Origin: Thermoanaerobaculia bacterium
GTDB taxonomy: Bacteria > Acidobacteriota > Thermoanaerobaculia > Gp7-AA8
Direction: 5' to 3'
Assembly: GCA_035626775.1 (NCBI GenBank)
Contig: DASPNA010000062.1
Location: 3,480 to 67,479 of the forward strand
Length of the DNA stretch: 64,000 nt
Both the position numbers and the translations under genes were made by a program. The notes below the pieces were generated by a model, which searched no databases, was not told the origin of the DNA, and was given only the letters and a program-made list of their open reading frames with translations. This document shows, piece after piece, positions 9,816-20,264 of this stretch (position 1 is the first letter of the stretch; the number at the start of each line of letters is the position of its first letter).

Positions 9816-12800
9816 ATGTCCGGTGTTGCTGGCTGTCGGCGGTTCTTGTTATGTGCAGTGATGTTCCTGGCTGGTGCCGCCTCCGGGCAGAGCGTCGATC
9901 TTCGCGTCACCAACCTCTTCGACAGCATCGATCCGATCACCCTCGGCACCGGCGACGTGGCCTACTCGGCCACGATCTTCAACGGCAGCGCTACCGCGGG
10001 CACGAATCCAGTCGTCACGTTCACGCTCCCCGCGGCCTCGACGTTCGTCTCCGCGAGCGCGAACCTGAGCGGCACCTGCAACGCGCCGAGCGGCGGCACG
10101 CTCACCTGCACCTGGGCCGGCAGTTTCGCCGCCAGCAACACGCGCACGGCAACCATCACCGTCACCCCGACTGCCGGCGGCAGCATGAGCGTTACCGCGA
10201 GCGTCACCGGGGATCAACCCGACCCGACGCCGTCCAACAACTCGCTCACTGAATCGACCACGGTCAACGCGCAGATCGATCTCAAGATCAGCAGCCTCTT
10301 CGACAGCATCGATCCCATCACGCTCGGCACCGGCAACGTCACCTACACCGCGCAGATGTTCAACGAGAGCACCTCGAAGGCCACGAATCCCTTCGTGACC
10401 ATCACGCTCCCGGCATCATCCACGTTCGTTTCCGCGACCGCGAACCTGAGCGGCACCTGCACCGCGCCGAGCGGCGGCGTGCTCACGTGCAACTGGACCG
10501 GCGACTTTCCCGCGAGCAACACCCGCACTGCCACGGTCACCGTCACTCCCACCGCGGGCGGCACGATGACGCTGACGGCAACCGCCGGCGCCGATCAATC
10601 CGATCCCGATCCGGCGGACAACACGGCGTCGCACAACACGGCCGTCAACGCGCAGATCGACCTCAAAGTCAGCAGCCTGTTCGACAGCATCGACCCGGTC
10701 ACGCTGGGCACCGGCGACGTTACCTACACCGCGCAGATCTTCAACGAGAGCAGCTCGAAGGCCACGAATCCGTTCGTGACCGTCACGCTCCCGGCGTCAT
10801 CGACCTTCGTCTCCGCAAGCGCAAATCTCAGCGGTACGTGCGGCGCGCCGAGCGGCGGCGTCCTCACGTGCAACTGGACCGGCGACTTCCCCGCGAGCAA
10901 CACCCGCACCGCCAACATCACCGTCAGTCCGACCGCGGGCGGCACGATGACGTTGTCGGTCACTGCCGGCGCCGATCAATCCGATCCCGATCCAGCGGAC
11001 AACACCGCGAGCCATAACACCACCGTCAACGCGCAGATCGATCTGAAGGTGAGCAGTCTCTTCGACAGCATCGATCCCGTCACCCTCGGCACCGGCGACG
11101 TCACCTACACCGCCACGGTCTTCAACGAGAGCAGTTCCAAGGCCACGAATCCGTTCGTGACCTTCACGCTCCCCGCGTCATCGACCTTTGTCTCCGCATC
11201 CGCGAACCTCAGCGGCACCTGCGGTGCGCCCAGCGGCGGGGTCCTCACGTGCAACTGGACCGGCGACCTGCCCGCGAGCAACACGCGCACCGCCACCGTC
11301 ACCGTCACACCCACAGCGGGCGGCACGATGACGCTGACGGCAACGGCCGGCGCCGATCAGTCCGATCCCGACCCAGGGGACAACACCGCGAGCCACAACA
11401 CCACCGTCAACGCGCAGATCGATCTGCGCGTCAGCAGCCTGTTCGACAGCATCGACCCGATCACGCTCGGCACCGGCAACGTCACCTACACCGCGCAGAT
11501 TTTCAACGCCGGGACCTCGAAGGCGACCAACACGTTCGTCACCATCACGCTCCCCGCGTCGTCGACGTTCGTGTCGGCGAGCGCAAACGTCAGCGGCACG
11601 TGCACCGCGCCGAGCGGTGGCGTGCTGACGTGCAATTGGGCCGGCGATCTCGCCGCGTCCAACACGCGCACCGCCACCATCACCGTCACCCCCACGGCCG
11701 GCGGCACGATCACGCTCACCGCGGTCGCGGGCGGCGATCAACCCGATCCGAACAACGCCGACAACACCGTCTCGCACAACACCACCGTCAACGATCAGAT
11801 CGATCTGCGCGTGAGCAGCCTCTTCGACAGCATCGACCCGATCACGCTCGGCACCGGCAACGTCACCTACACCGCGCAGATCTTCAACGCCAGTTCGTCG
11901 AAGGCCACGAACGCGTTCGTGACCATCACGCTGCCCCCGTCATCGACGTTCGTCTCTGCGAGTGCGAACGTCAGCGGCACGTGCACCGCGCCGAGCGGTG
12001 GTGTGCTCACCTGCAACTGGGCCGGCGATCTCGCCGCGTCCAACACGCGCACCGCCTCCATTACCATCACGCCCACCGCTGGCGGCACGATGACGTTGAC
12101 CGCGGTCGCCGGCGGCGATCAGCCCGATCCCAACACCGCAGACAATACGGTTTCGCACAACACCGCCGTCAACGATCAGATCGATCTGCGCGTCAGCAGT
12201 CTCTTCGACAGCATCGACCCGGTCACGCTCGGCACCGGCAACGTCACTTACACCGCGCAGATCTTCAACGCCAGTACGTCGAAGGCGACCAATGCGTTCG
12301 TCACCTTCACCCTCCCCGCTTCGTCGACGTTCGTGAGCTCGACCGCGAACGTCGGCGGCACCTGCACCGCGCCGAGCGGCGGCGTGCTCACGTGCACCTG
12401 GGCCGGCGATCTCGCTGCGTCCAATACCCGCACGGCCACGATCTCCGTCACTCCCACCGTTGGCGGCACCATGACCCTCACCGCGGTCGCCGGCGGCGAT
12501 CAGCCCGATCCCAACACCGCCGACAACACGGCCTCGCACAACACGACCGTGAACGCGCAGATCGACCTGCGCATCAGCAGTCTCTTCGACAGCATCGACC
12601 CCATCACCCTCGGCACCGGCAACGTCACCTACACCGCGCAGGTCTTCAACGCCAGCTCGTCGAAAGCGACCAACGCATTCGTCACCTTCACGCTCCCCGC
12701 TTCGTCGACGTTCGTCAGCTCGACCGCGAATGTCGGCGGCACCTGCACGGCGCCGAGCGGCGGCGTGATGACGTGCACCTGGGCCGGCGATCTCGCCGCG

Positions 12801-15800
12801 TCGAACACCCGCACGGCTACCGTCACCGTTACTCCGACCGGCGGCGGCACGATGACGTTGACCACCACCGCGGGCGGCGATCAGCCCGATCCGAACACCT
12901 CCGACAACACCGCGTCGCAGAGCACCACCGTCAACGCCACGCTCGACCTGCAGCTCTCGATCAGCGACAGCCCCGATCCGCGCATCGTCGGCGCCGGGAA
13001 CGTCACCTACACATTCAACCTCCTCAACGCCGGCTCATCGAAAGTTACCAATCCCGTGTTGACGTTCACCATGGCGCCGTCGACCACGTTCGTCTCCGGG
13101 ACCGCGAGCAGCGGCGGAACGTGCGGACATTCGGCCGGCACCGTCACCTGCAACTGGACGGGCGACTTCAACGCGTCGACCGGTCGCACCGCGACCGTCA
13201 TCGTCACGCCGACCGTAGTCGGACAGATCAGCGCCACCGGCACCGTCAATGCCGATCAAGGCGACCCCGCGCCCGCGAACAACACCGAGACCGAGACCAC
13301 GAACATCTATCCGGCCACGGCGCCGACGATCACCGGCTTCACGCCGATCAGCGGACCGGTCGGCACCGTCGTCACGATCAGCGGCTCGAGCTTCTTCTCG
13401 ACTTCGTCGGTCTCATTCACCGGCGCCGGTGCGACGTTCACCGTTGTGAACGACACCACGATCACCACCACCGTCCCCGTCGGCGCGGCGACCGGCAAGA
13501 TCACCGTGCTGAACACGATCGGCTCGACGCTGAGCGCGGCCAACTTCACGGTCACGCCCGCTCCCGATCTCACCATCAGCAAGACCGCGTCCGCCGCGAC
13601 GGTGCCCGTCAGCTCGCCGTACAACTACACGCTCGCGGTCAACAACGGCGGCGCCGGCAGCGCGAATGACGTGACGGTCACCGACACGCTCCCGCTGGGC
13701 GTCACGCTCACGACCGCCGCCGGCACCGGCTGGACCTGCAGCGGCACGACCACGGTAACGTGCACGATGGGCGCGCTCGCACCGGGCGCGGCGCCGTCGA
13801 TCACGTTGAACGTGACCGCGCCTGCGACCGGCACGACCGTCAACAACATCGCCAACGTCAGCACGACCACGCCCGAGACGAGCACCGGCAACAACTCCGG
13901 CAGCGTCGCAGTCGGCATCGTCGGCTGCCCGACCACACCGGTCGTCACCGCACCCGCCACCGTGTGCGCCAACTCCACCAATCACACCGCGTCGACGCCG
14001 CTCGTTCCCGGCGGCACGTACGCGTGGTCGATCACGAACGGCACGATCACCTCGTCGACCACCAGCAACATCATCACGTTCGACGCAAACTCGAGCGGAC
14101 AGGTGCAGCTCGACGTCGCTGTGTTCGTGAGCTCCTGCCCGTCGGCGTTGAACACCGCGTTCGTGAACATCTCCGTGCCCACCGCCACGATCACGCCGAG
14201 CGGCCCCACTACATTCTGCAGCGGCGGCGGCGTGATGCTCACGGCCAACGCCGGTTCTTCCTACCTCTGGTCCACTGGCGCGACCACGCAGTCGATCAAC
14301 GTCAATACCGCCGGCAGCTACACGGTCGCGGTGACAAATGCAGACGGCTGCACCACGACGTCCGCAGCGACGAACGTGAGCGTGCTGCCGCCGCCGACGG
14401 CCACGATCACGCCGAGCGGTCCAACCACCTTCTGCGATGGCGGCAGCGTCACGCTGAGCGCGCCCGCGGGCATGACCAACTATTCCTGGTCGAACGGCGC
14501 CACGTCGCAGTCGATCAACGTCACCGACAGCGGCACGTTCACCGTCACGATCACCAACCCCAGCGGCTGCAGCGCCACGTCCGCGCCCGTGAGCGTCACC
14601 GAGCTCGCGCCGCTGGTGGCCACCATCACGCCGAGCGGCCCCACCACCTTCTGCAGCGGTGGCAGCGTCACGCTCGACGCCGGCGCCGGCTTCACGTCGT
14701 ATCTCTGGTCGAACGGCGCCACGTCGCAGTCGATCAACGTCGCCGCGTCCGGCACGTTCACCGTCACCGTCACCGACGCCAACACCTGCAGCGCCACCTC
14801 GGCGCCGACTGTCGTCACGATGAATCCGAATCCGACCGTGACGGTCAGCGGCCCCTCGACTGCGTGCGGCAGCGCCGTGCTCGACGCCGGTCCCGGATTC
14901 GCGACGTACAACTGGTCCAACGGCGCGACCACGCAGACGACCACGGTCACGACCACCGGCGGCTACTTCGTCACTGTCACCGACGCCAACGGCTGCTCCG
15001 CGACCTCGTCGCCGAAGAGCGTCACCATCAACTCCGCGCCCGGCGTCAACATCGCCGGCCCGCTCAGTGCGTGCGACAGCGCGAACCTCGACGCCGGCGC
15101 CGGCTTCGTCTCGTACCTCTGGAACACCGGCGCAATCTCGCAGTCGATCAACGTCACCACCAGCGGCGTCTACACCGTCACCGTGACCGACGCGAACGGC
15201 TGCACCGGCACCGACACGCACACCATCACCATCGATGCGACGCCGGCCGCGACGATCACGCCGAGCGGACCGACCACGTTCTGCGCGGGCGGCAGCGTCA
15301 CGCTCACCTCCAGTCCGGCCGCGTCGTACTTGTGGTCGAACGGCGCCACGACGCAGTCGATCGTCGTCACCGCATCCGAAACGTTCACCGTCACCACGTC
15401 GAACGGCGCGTGCAGCGCGACGTCGGCTCCGACCGTCGTCACCGTTTCGCCTGGAGCAACCGTCGACATCACCGGTCCCGCGGCGACGTGCGCGGGCGCC
15501 GCGGTCACGCTCGATGCGGGCGCGAACTTCGCGTCGTATCTCTGGAGCACCGGCGCGACGACGCAGACCATCACCGTCACGCCGTCGACGCTTACGACCT
15601 ACACCGTCAACGTCACCAACGCCAGCGGCTGCAGCGCAAGCGACACGCACACCGTGAACGTCACCGCGAATCCGGCCGCCACCATCAACGCGCCCGCAAC
15701 CGTCTGCAGTCTCGCCACGAATGCCACCGCCTCGGTCGCACCGCAAACGGGCGCGACGTACGCGTGGACGATCGCGAACGGCACCATCACCTCCGCGAAC

Positions 15801-18800
15801 AACACGCCGTCGATCACCTTCACCGCCGGCGCCAGCGGCTCCGTCACCCTCGACGTCACCGTCACGAACGGATCGTGCGTCAGCACCGGCTCGTCCGTCA
15901 TCCCGATCGGCGCGCTCACCGTCAACATCACCGGCCCCGCCGATAGCTGCCCCGGCGACCCGTTCACGCTCAGCGTGCCCGCGGCATTCGCGAGCTATCT
16001 CTGGTCGAACGGCGCAACCACGCCGTCGATGACCGCCGCCGCACCCGGCACGTACAGCGTCACCGTGACCGACGCAACCGGCTGCACCGCGTCGGCGTCG
16101 CACACCGTGGCACCGCTCACCGCGCCGCTCGCGACGATCAGCGCGCCAGCTTCGGCGCCCGCCGATAGCGCCGGCCACATCGCAAGCGTGCCGCTGTTCG
16201 CGGGTGCGGCCACGTACGCGTGGTCGATCGCGAACGGCACGATCACCGGCGGCCAGGGCACGACCGTGATCACGTTCCAGACCGGCAGCAGCGGCACGAC
16301 GACGCTCGGAGTCGTGATCGTGGGCAACGGTTGCTCGTCGAGCGACAACGTTGCTGTCGCAATCACGGAAGCCGGTCCGGGCTCCGCCGATCTGTCCATC
16401 TCGAAGACCGCGCCGTCATCGGTGCAGGCCGGCGCGCCGTTCGCGTACACGCTGGTGGTGACCAACAACGGCCCCGACACGGCCGGCGACGTCACGATCG
16501 AAGACGTCCTGCCCGCCGGCGTCACGCTTTCCTCCATGAACGACAGCGTCTTCACGTGCATCCCCAGCGGCCTGCCGATCCACTGCACCGGCGGGCTCGC
16601 CGCCGGCTCGTCACGCATGATCACCTTCAACGTGCTCGCGCCGCCGACCACCGGCACGATCACGAACACCGCCACCATCGCCGGCGGTCCCGGCGATGAG
16701 AACGACGCGAACAACACGTCGTCCGCATCGACGAACATCGTCGCTGCGCCGCCAAGCTGCTCGACCGTGCCTCCGTCGCTCATCGCACCGGCGAACAACG
16801 CCACCGTCCCGTCGCCGGTGACGTTCACCTGGAACCCGGTCAGCGGCGCGACCGAATACGAGCTCTGGATCGAGTCGTCGCTGGCGGGCACCACCAACGC
16901 GACGTCGCTCACACTTCCGCTGCCGAGCGGTGCCGCCACGTGGCACGTCGTAGCGCGACTCGCGGAGAGCTGCACGCCGCTCGTTTCCGCGGAGCGCACG
17001 CTGTTCGTCGCCACCTCGAGCACATGCGACAACGGCCGCCCGCAACTCCTCGCGCCGACCGCGGGCTCGACGCAGACGTCGCCGGTCTCGTTCCAGTGGA
17101 CCTCCGTCGCGAACGCGATCGGCTATCGCCTCTGGATCGAATCGAACGGTACCGCCGCGCAGGACGTCGGCACCACTACCGGCACCACGCTGACCGGCAA
17201 CATCGAGCCGGGCTCCGCGATCGCGTATGTCGACGCGCTGTTCAGCGGCTGCGGTCCGACGCGCTCCGATGCGATCCCGTTCAACGTGCCAGCACCCGAT
17301 CCGTGCGCCGCGCGCGCGACTGCCACACCGATCTCGCCGAACAACGCGATCCTCAGCTCGTCGCTCGTCACGTTCCAGTGGCATGCGGCCGCCGGCAGCG
17401 CTGGCTATCGCGTATGGGCCGCGATCGACGGCGCCGCGCCGGTTGTCATCGGCACGACCGAAGGCACTTCGCTGCAGGCGTTCATCGAGGACGGCGACGT
17501 GCTCTGGTTCGTCGAGTCGCTGTACGAAGGTTGCCCGTCCACGGAATCGCAACGCTTCCACTTCACCATCCCACCGGCACAGCAATGCGGCACGAGCCCG
17601 CTGCCGAATCTCGCGCAGCCGGTCAACGACTCGACCACGCAGGATGGTGAGATCGACTTCCGCTGGACAAACGTCCCGAACGCGATCGCGTACGAGCTGT
17701 GGCTCGGCTTCGCGGACGCCGCTCCCGCACTCGTCACCACGACCAGCGCGACCGAGCACACACACATCGTGGCGCCCGGCACGTACGACTGGTTCGTGCG
17801 CGCGATCATGAATCGCTGCCCGTCGCGCGATTCACAGACGCGCACGTTCACGTTCACCCCGCCGCCCGCCTGCACCGCGAATCAGCGTCCGACAGCAATC
17901 GAGCCGCTGCCCGGCGCGACGCATACGCCGGCAGTGGCGTTCTCATGGGGCGCCGTCCCGAACGCGACGCATTACGAGCTCTTCATCGACGGCGCCGCCG
18001 TCACGAACACCAGCACTACGCAAGCGACGCGGACGCTGCTCACCGGACCGCACCGCTGGTTCGTGCGCGCGCACTTTGCGAACTGCGCACCGCTCGATTC
18101 CGCCGCGCAGCCGATCAACGTCGTGCAGCCGCCGCAAGCGTGTGCGCCATTGCGCGCGCCCGCGATCTCCGCGCCCGGACAGATCTCCAGCGGCGTCGAA
18201 CTGCGCGTGCAATGGTCGCCGTCGCCCGGTGCGACTGCGTATCAGGTGCAGTTCGCGTCGACGAGCGATTTCCTGGACGCTGAAGTGATCGTCACGAACG
18301 CAACGCAGCACTCGCTGCTGCGCGTGAACGACGGCACGACGCCACTCTCGATCTTCGCGCGCGTGCGCGCCATCGACGCGCGTTGCAAGCCGACGCCATC
18401 GGTCTCGCCGTTCGGGCCAACGTCCGTCCTGCACATCCTGCCGGCATCGGCCGAAGCATCCGTGCCGCTGACGAACAATGACGTGGCGACCTTCACCGTG
18501 CCGATCGGCGCCGAGTTCGCCGGCCAGTCGTTCACCGCGACGGTCAAAGAAACGTGGCTCACCGTCACGCCGTCGTCCGGCATCGTCCCCGCCGGCGGCA
18601 CCACGCTCACCGCCCAGGCGAACACCAGCGTCCTCGGCGTCGGCACGCACCTCGGCGCCGTCTTCCTGACGTTCGAAAGCGCGGGCAGCATTCGCACGAA
18701 CGCCACCACGCTCAAAGTGCCGACGATCTCGATCAGCAAAGTCACGCCGGTCACGCCGTCGCCGAAGTCGACGCCGCCGCCCGACGCGCTGATCATCCCC

Positions 18801-20225
18801 GCGGTCGCGCACGCGAGCGGCATCAACTCGCAGTTCCAGTCCGACGTGCGCGTGACGAACAGCTCCGCGGAGCTGCTGCAGTATCAACTCACGTTCACGC
18901 CGACCGGCACCGACGGCCTCGCCTCCGCGCGGCAGACGACGTTCTCGATCGATCCCGGCCGCACCATCGCGCTCGACGACATCCTGCGCACGATGTTCGG
19001 CACCGGCGGCGACAGCGTCACCGGCACGCTCGAAGTGCGGCCCATGACCGAAAACGACTCGACGACGACGTCGGATTCTTCGCTCTTCGGCGGAGCGCTC
19101 GCGGATCTCGTCACCTTCGCGTCGTCGCGCACGTTCAACGTCACCTCGAACGGCACGTTCGGCCAATACATCCCGGCCGTGCCGTACGCGAATTTCGTCG
19201 GCATGAGTCCGACGGTGCTGTCGCTCCAGCAGATCGCACAATCCGATCGCTACCGCACCAACCTCGGCATCGTCGAAGCCTCCGGCAGTCCGGCCGAGCT
19301 GCTCGTCAAAGTATTCGGCAGCGACGGCCAGTTCCTCAAGGAGTTCCCGGTCAACCTCGCGGGCGGTGAGCACACACAGCTCAACGGCTTCATCTCCACG
19401 CAGGGCATCGGCACGTTGAGCGACGGCCGCGTCGAGATCTCCGTGATCGGCGGCACGGGCAAGGTCACGGCGTACGCGTCGGTGCTCGACAACGCCACGA
19501 ACGATCCGCTGCTCGTCACGCCGGTCGCGCTGAACGATGCGGGCGACACCAAGTGGGTCGTGCCCGGCGTCGCCGATCTCAACAACGGCTTCGCGAACTG
19601 GCAGACCGACATGCGCCTCTTCAACGCCGGCTCGACCGACGTCGACGCGCTGCTCACGTTCCACTCGCAGGGCGGCGGCACGCCGAAGACACAGTCTGTG
19701 ACCATTCCCGCGGGCCAGGTGCGGCAGTTCGACAAAGCGCTGGCCAGCGTCTTCGGCTCGGCCGGCGATGGCGGCGCGATTCACATCTCCACGCCGAGCG
19801 CCACCCGCCTCGTCGCCACGGCGCGCACGTACAACGAGACCAGCGGCGGCACGTATGGCCAGTTCATCTCCGGCATCACGCCGAACGAAGCGACCGGTAC
19901 CGACTCGCGCCCGCTGCAGATCCTGCAGGTCGAGGAGTCGAACCGCTTCCGCTCGAACATCGGCCTCGCCGAAGTCACCGGCAAACCGGTGACGCTCGAG
20001 CTGTCGATCATTCCGCCGGACGGGAAGTTCATCGCCGTGACCGAGGTCGAGTTGCAGGCGAACGAGTTCCGCCAGATCAATTCGCTGCTGAGGACTGTCG
20101 GCCTCGCCGACACGTTCAACGCGCGAGTGAGCGTGCGCGCGATCGAAGGCGAAGGCCGCGTGACCGCGTACGCGAGCGTCATCGACATGCTCACCAACGA
20201 CCCGACCTACGTGCCGGCGCAGTAA
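9816..20225 (+). CDS. Giant secreted protein 2 (about 3470 aa): signal peptide, 9 tandem DUF11 repeats, IPT/TIG, Cys-containing Ig-like repeats, about 10 FN3-like domains, shared C-terminal tandem module
   Basis: ORF 9756..20225. Preferred start at Met21 (9816: MSGVAGCRRFLLCAVMFLAGAASGQ signal peptide, GGGAGA RBS upstream). IPT motif PTITGFTPISGPVGTVVTISGSSF. Repeats YLWSNGATTQSINV...C...C. FN3-like units with EYELWIESS / GYRLWIES / HYELFIDGA. Ends DPTYVPAQ. Confidence 0.85.
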   Translation: MSGVAGCRRFLLCAVMFLAGAASGQSVDLRVTNLFDSIDPITLGTGDVAYSATIFNGSATAGTNPVVTFTLPAASTFVSASANLSGTCNAPSGGTLTCTWAGSFAASNTRTATITVTPTAGGSMSVTASVTGDQPDPTPSNNSLTESTTVNAQIDLKISSLFDSIDPITLGTGNVTYTAQMFNESTSKATNPFVTITLPASSTFVSATANLSGTCTAPSGGVLTCNWTGDFPASNTRTATVTVTPTAGGTMTLTATAGADQSDPDPADNTASHNTAVNAQIDLKVSSLFDSIDPVTLGTGDVTYTAQIFNESSSKATNPFVTVTLPASSTFVSASANLSGTCGAPSGGVLTCNWTGDFPASNTRTANITVSPTAGGTMTLSVTAGADQSDPDPADNTASHNTTVNAQIDLKVSSLFDSIDPVTLGTGDVTYTATVFNESSSKATNPFVTFTLPASSTFVSASANLSGTCGAPSGGVLTCNWTGDLPASNTRTATVTVTPTAGGTMTLTATAGADQSDPDPGDNTASHNTTVNAQIDLRVSSLFDSIDPITLGTGNVTYTAQIFNAGTSKATNTFVTITLPASSTFVSASANVSGTCTAPSGGVLTCNWAGDLAASNTRTATITVTPTAGGTITLTAVAGGDQPDPNNADNTVSHNTTVNDQIDLRVSSLFDSIDPITLGTGNVTYTAQIFNASSSKATNAFVTITLPPSSTFVSASANVSGTCTAPSGGVLTCNWAGDLAASNTRTASITITPTAGGTMTLTAVAGGDQPDPNTADNTVSHNTAVNDQIDLRVSSLFDSIDPVTLGTGNVTYTAQIFNASTSKATNAFVTFTLPASSTFVSSTANVGGTCTAPSGGVLTCTWAGDLAASNTRTATISVTPTVGGTMTLTAVAGGDQPDPNTADNTASHNTTVNAQIDLRISSLFDSIDPITLGTGNVTYTAQVFNASSSKATNAFVTFTLPASSTFVSSTANVGGTCTAPSGGVMTCTWAGDLAASNTRTATVTVTPTGGGTMTLTTTAGGDQPDPNTSDNTASQSTTVNATLDLQLSISDSPDPRIVGAGNVTYTFNLLNAGSSKVTNPVLTFTMAPSTTFVSGTASSGGTCGHSAGTVTCNWTGDFNASTGRTATVIVTPTVVGQISATGTVNADQGDPAPANNTETETTNIYPATAPTITGFTPISGPVGTVVTISGSSFFSTSSVSFTGAGATFTVVNDTTITTTVPVGAATGKITVLNTIGSTLSAANFTVTPAPDLTISKTASAATVPVSSPYNYTLAVNNGGAGSANDVTVTDTLPLGVTLTTAAGTGWTCSGTTTVTCTMGALAPGAAPSITLNVTAPATGTTVNNIANVSTTTPETSTGNNSGSVAVGIVGCPTTPVVTAPATVCANSTNHTASTPLVPGGTYAWSITNGTITSSTTSNIITFDANSSGQVQLDVAVFVSSCPSALNTAFVNISVPTATITPSGPTTFCSGGGVMLTANAGSSYLWSTGATTQSINVNTAGSYTVAVTNADGCTTTSAATNVSVLPPPTATITPSGPTTFCDGGSVTLSAPAGMTNYSWSNGATSQSINVTDSGTFTVTITNPSGCSATSAPVSVTELAPLVATITPSGPTTFCSGGSVTLDAGAGFTSYLWSNGATSQSINVAASGTFTVTVTDANTCSATSAPTVVTMNPNPTVTVSGPSTACGSAVLDAGPGFATYNWSNGATTQTTTVTTTGGYFVTVTDANGCSATSSPKSVTINSAPGVNIAGPLSACDSANLDAGAGFVSYLWNTGAISQSINVTTSGVYTVTVTDANGCTGTDTHTITIDATPAATITPSGPTTFCAGGSVTLTSSPAASYLWSNGATTQSIVVTASETFTVTTSNGACSATSAPTVVTVSPGATVDITGPAATCAGAAVTLDAGANFASYLWSTGATTQTITVTPSTLTTYTVNVTNASGCSASDTHTVNVTANPAATINAPATVCSLATNATASVAPQTGATYAWTIANGTITSANNTPSITFTAGASGSVTLDVTVTNGSCVSTGSSVIPIGALTVNITGPADSCPGDPFTLSVPAAFASYLWSNGATTPSMTAAAPGTYSVTVTDATGCTASASHTVAPLTAPLATISAPASAPADSAGHIASVPLFAGAATYAWSIANGTITGGQGTTVITFQTGSSGTTTLGVVIVGNGCSSSDNVAVAITEAGPGSADLSISKTAPSSVQAGAPFAYTLVVTNNGPDTAGDVTIEDVLPAGVTLSSMNDSVFTCIPSGLPIHCTGGLAAGSSRMITFNVLAPPTTGTITNTATIAGGPGDENDANNTSSASTNIVAAPPSCSTVPPSLIAPANNATVPSPVTFTWNPVSGATEYELWIESSLAGTTNATSLTLPLPSGAATWHVVARLAESCTPLVSAERTLFVATSSTCDNGRPQLLAPTAGSTQTSPVSFQWTSVANAIGYRLWIESNGTAAQDVGTTTGTTLTGNIEPGSAIAYVDALFSGCGPTRSDAIPFNVPAPDPCAARATATPISPNNAILSSSLVTFQWHAAAGSAGYRVWAAIDGAAPVVIGTTEGTSLQAFIEDGDVLWFVESLYEGCPSTESQRFHFTIPPAQQCGTSPLPNLAQPVNDSTTQDGEIDFRWTNVPNAIAYELWLGFADAAPALVTTTSATEHTHIVAPGTYDWFVRAIMNRCPSRDSQTRTFTFTPPPACTANQRPTAIEPLPGATHTPAVAFSWGAVPNATHYELFIDGAAVTNTSTTQATRTLLTGPHRWFVRAHFANCAPLDSAAQPINVVQPPQACAPLRAPAISAPGQISSGVELRVQWSPSPGATAYQVQFASTSDFLDAEVIVTNATQHSLLRVNDGTTPLSIFARVRAIDARCKPTPSVSPFGPTSVLHILPASAEASVPLTNNDVATFTVPIGAEFAGQSFTATVKETWLTVTPSSGIVPAGGTTLTAQANTSVLGVGTHLGAVFLTFESAGSIRTNATTLKVPTISISKVTPVTPSPKSTPPPDALIIPAVAHASGINSQFQSDVRVTNSSAELLQYQLTFTPTGTDGLASARQTTFSIDPGRTIALDDILRTMFGTGGDSVTGTLEVRPMTENDSTTTSDSSLFGGALADLVTFASSRTFNVTSNGTFGQYIPAVPYANFVGMSPTVLSLQQIAQSDRYRTNLGIVEASGSPAELLVKVFGSDGQFLKEFPVNLAGGEHTQLNGFISTQGIGTLSDGRVEISVIGGTGKVTAYASVLDNATNDPLLVTPVALNDAGDTKWVVPGVADLNNGFANWQTDMRLFNAGSTDVDALLTFHSQGGGTPKTQSVTIPAGQVRQFDKALASVFGSAGDGGAIHISTPSATRLVATARTYNETSGGTYGQFISGITPNEATGTDSRPLQILQVEESNRFRSNIGLAEVTGKPVTLELSIIPPDGKFIAVTEVELQANEFRQINSLLRTVGLADTFNARVSVRAIEGEGRVTAYASVIDMLTNDPTYVPAQ
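9894..13320 (+). repeat. Tandem array of 9 x 381-bp (127-aa) DUF11-type repeats inside giant gene 2; 8 near-identical copies and 1 divergent
   Basis: Protein units IDL[KR][VI]SSLFDSIDP[IV]TLGTG[DN]VTYTAQIFN...NTASHNTTVNAQ repeat head to tail. Antisense shadow ORFs recur at exactly 381-bp spacing (10343, 10724, 11105, 11486, 11867, 12248, 12629). Confidence 0.9.
14180..16100 (+). repeat. Array of about 8-9 tandem 78-82-aa Ig-like repeats with conserved Cys pair and Y[LN]WS[NT]GA[TI][ST]QSI motif inside giant gene 2
   Basis: Repeated ATITPSGPTTFC.GGSVTL.A..G...YLWSNGATSQSINV...GT[FY]TVTVTDANGCSATSAP..VT read directly from ORF translation. Confidence 0.65.
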
Positions 20226-20230
20226 GTCTA

Positions 20231-20262
20231 TGGAGTGCGGCGGCGCAAGCCGCCGCACTCCA
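20231..20262. terminator. Perfect 14-bp-stem hairpin between convergent genes (REP-like family 3 core); likely bidirectional terminator
   Basis: tggagtgcggcggc-gcaa-gccgccgcactcca lies between stop of giant gene 2 (20225) and stop of minus-strand gene (20265). Confidence 0.6.
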
Positions 20263-20264
20263 AG

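Noticed and set aside
10343-12868. Series of 73-80-aa minus-strand ORFs recurring every 381 bp (10343, 10724, 11105, 11486, 11867, 12248, 12629)
   Set aside because: They are antisense images of the 381-bp tandem repeat in giant gene 2, not a gene family. They are useful only as evidence of the repeat period.
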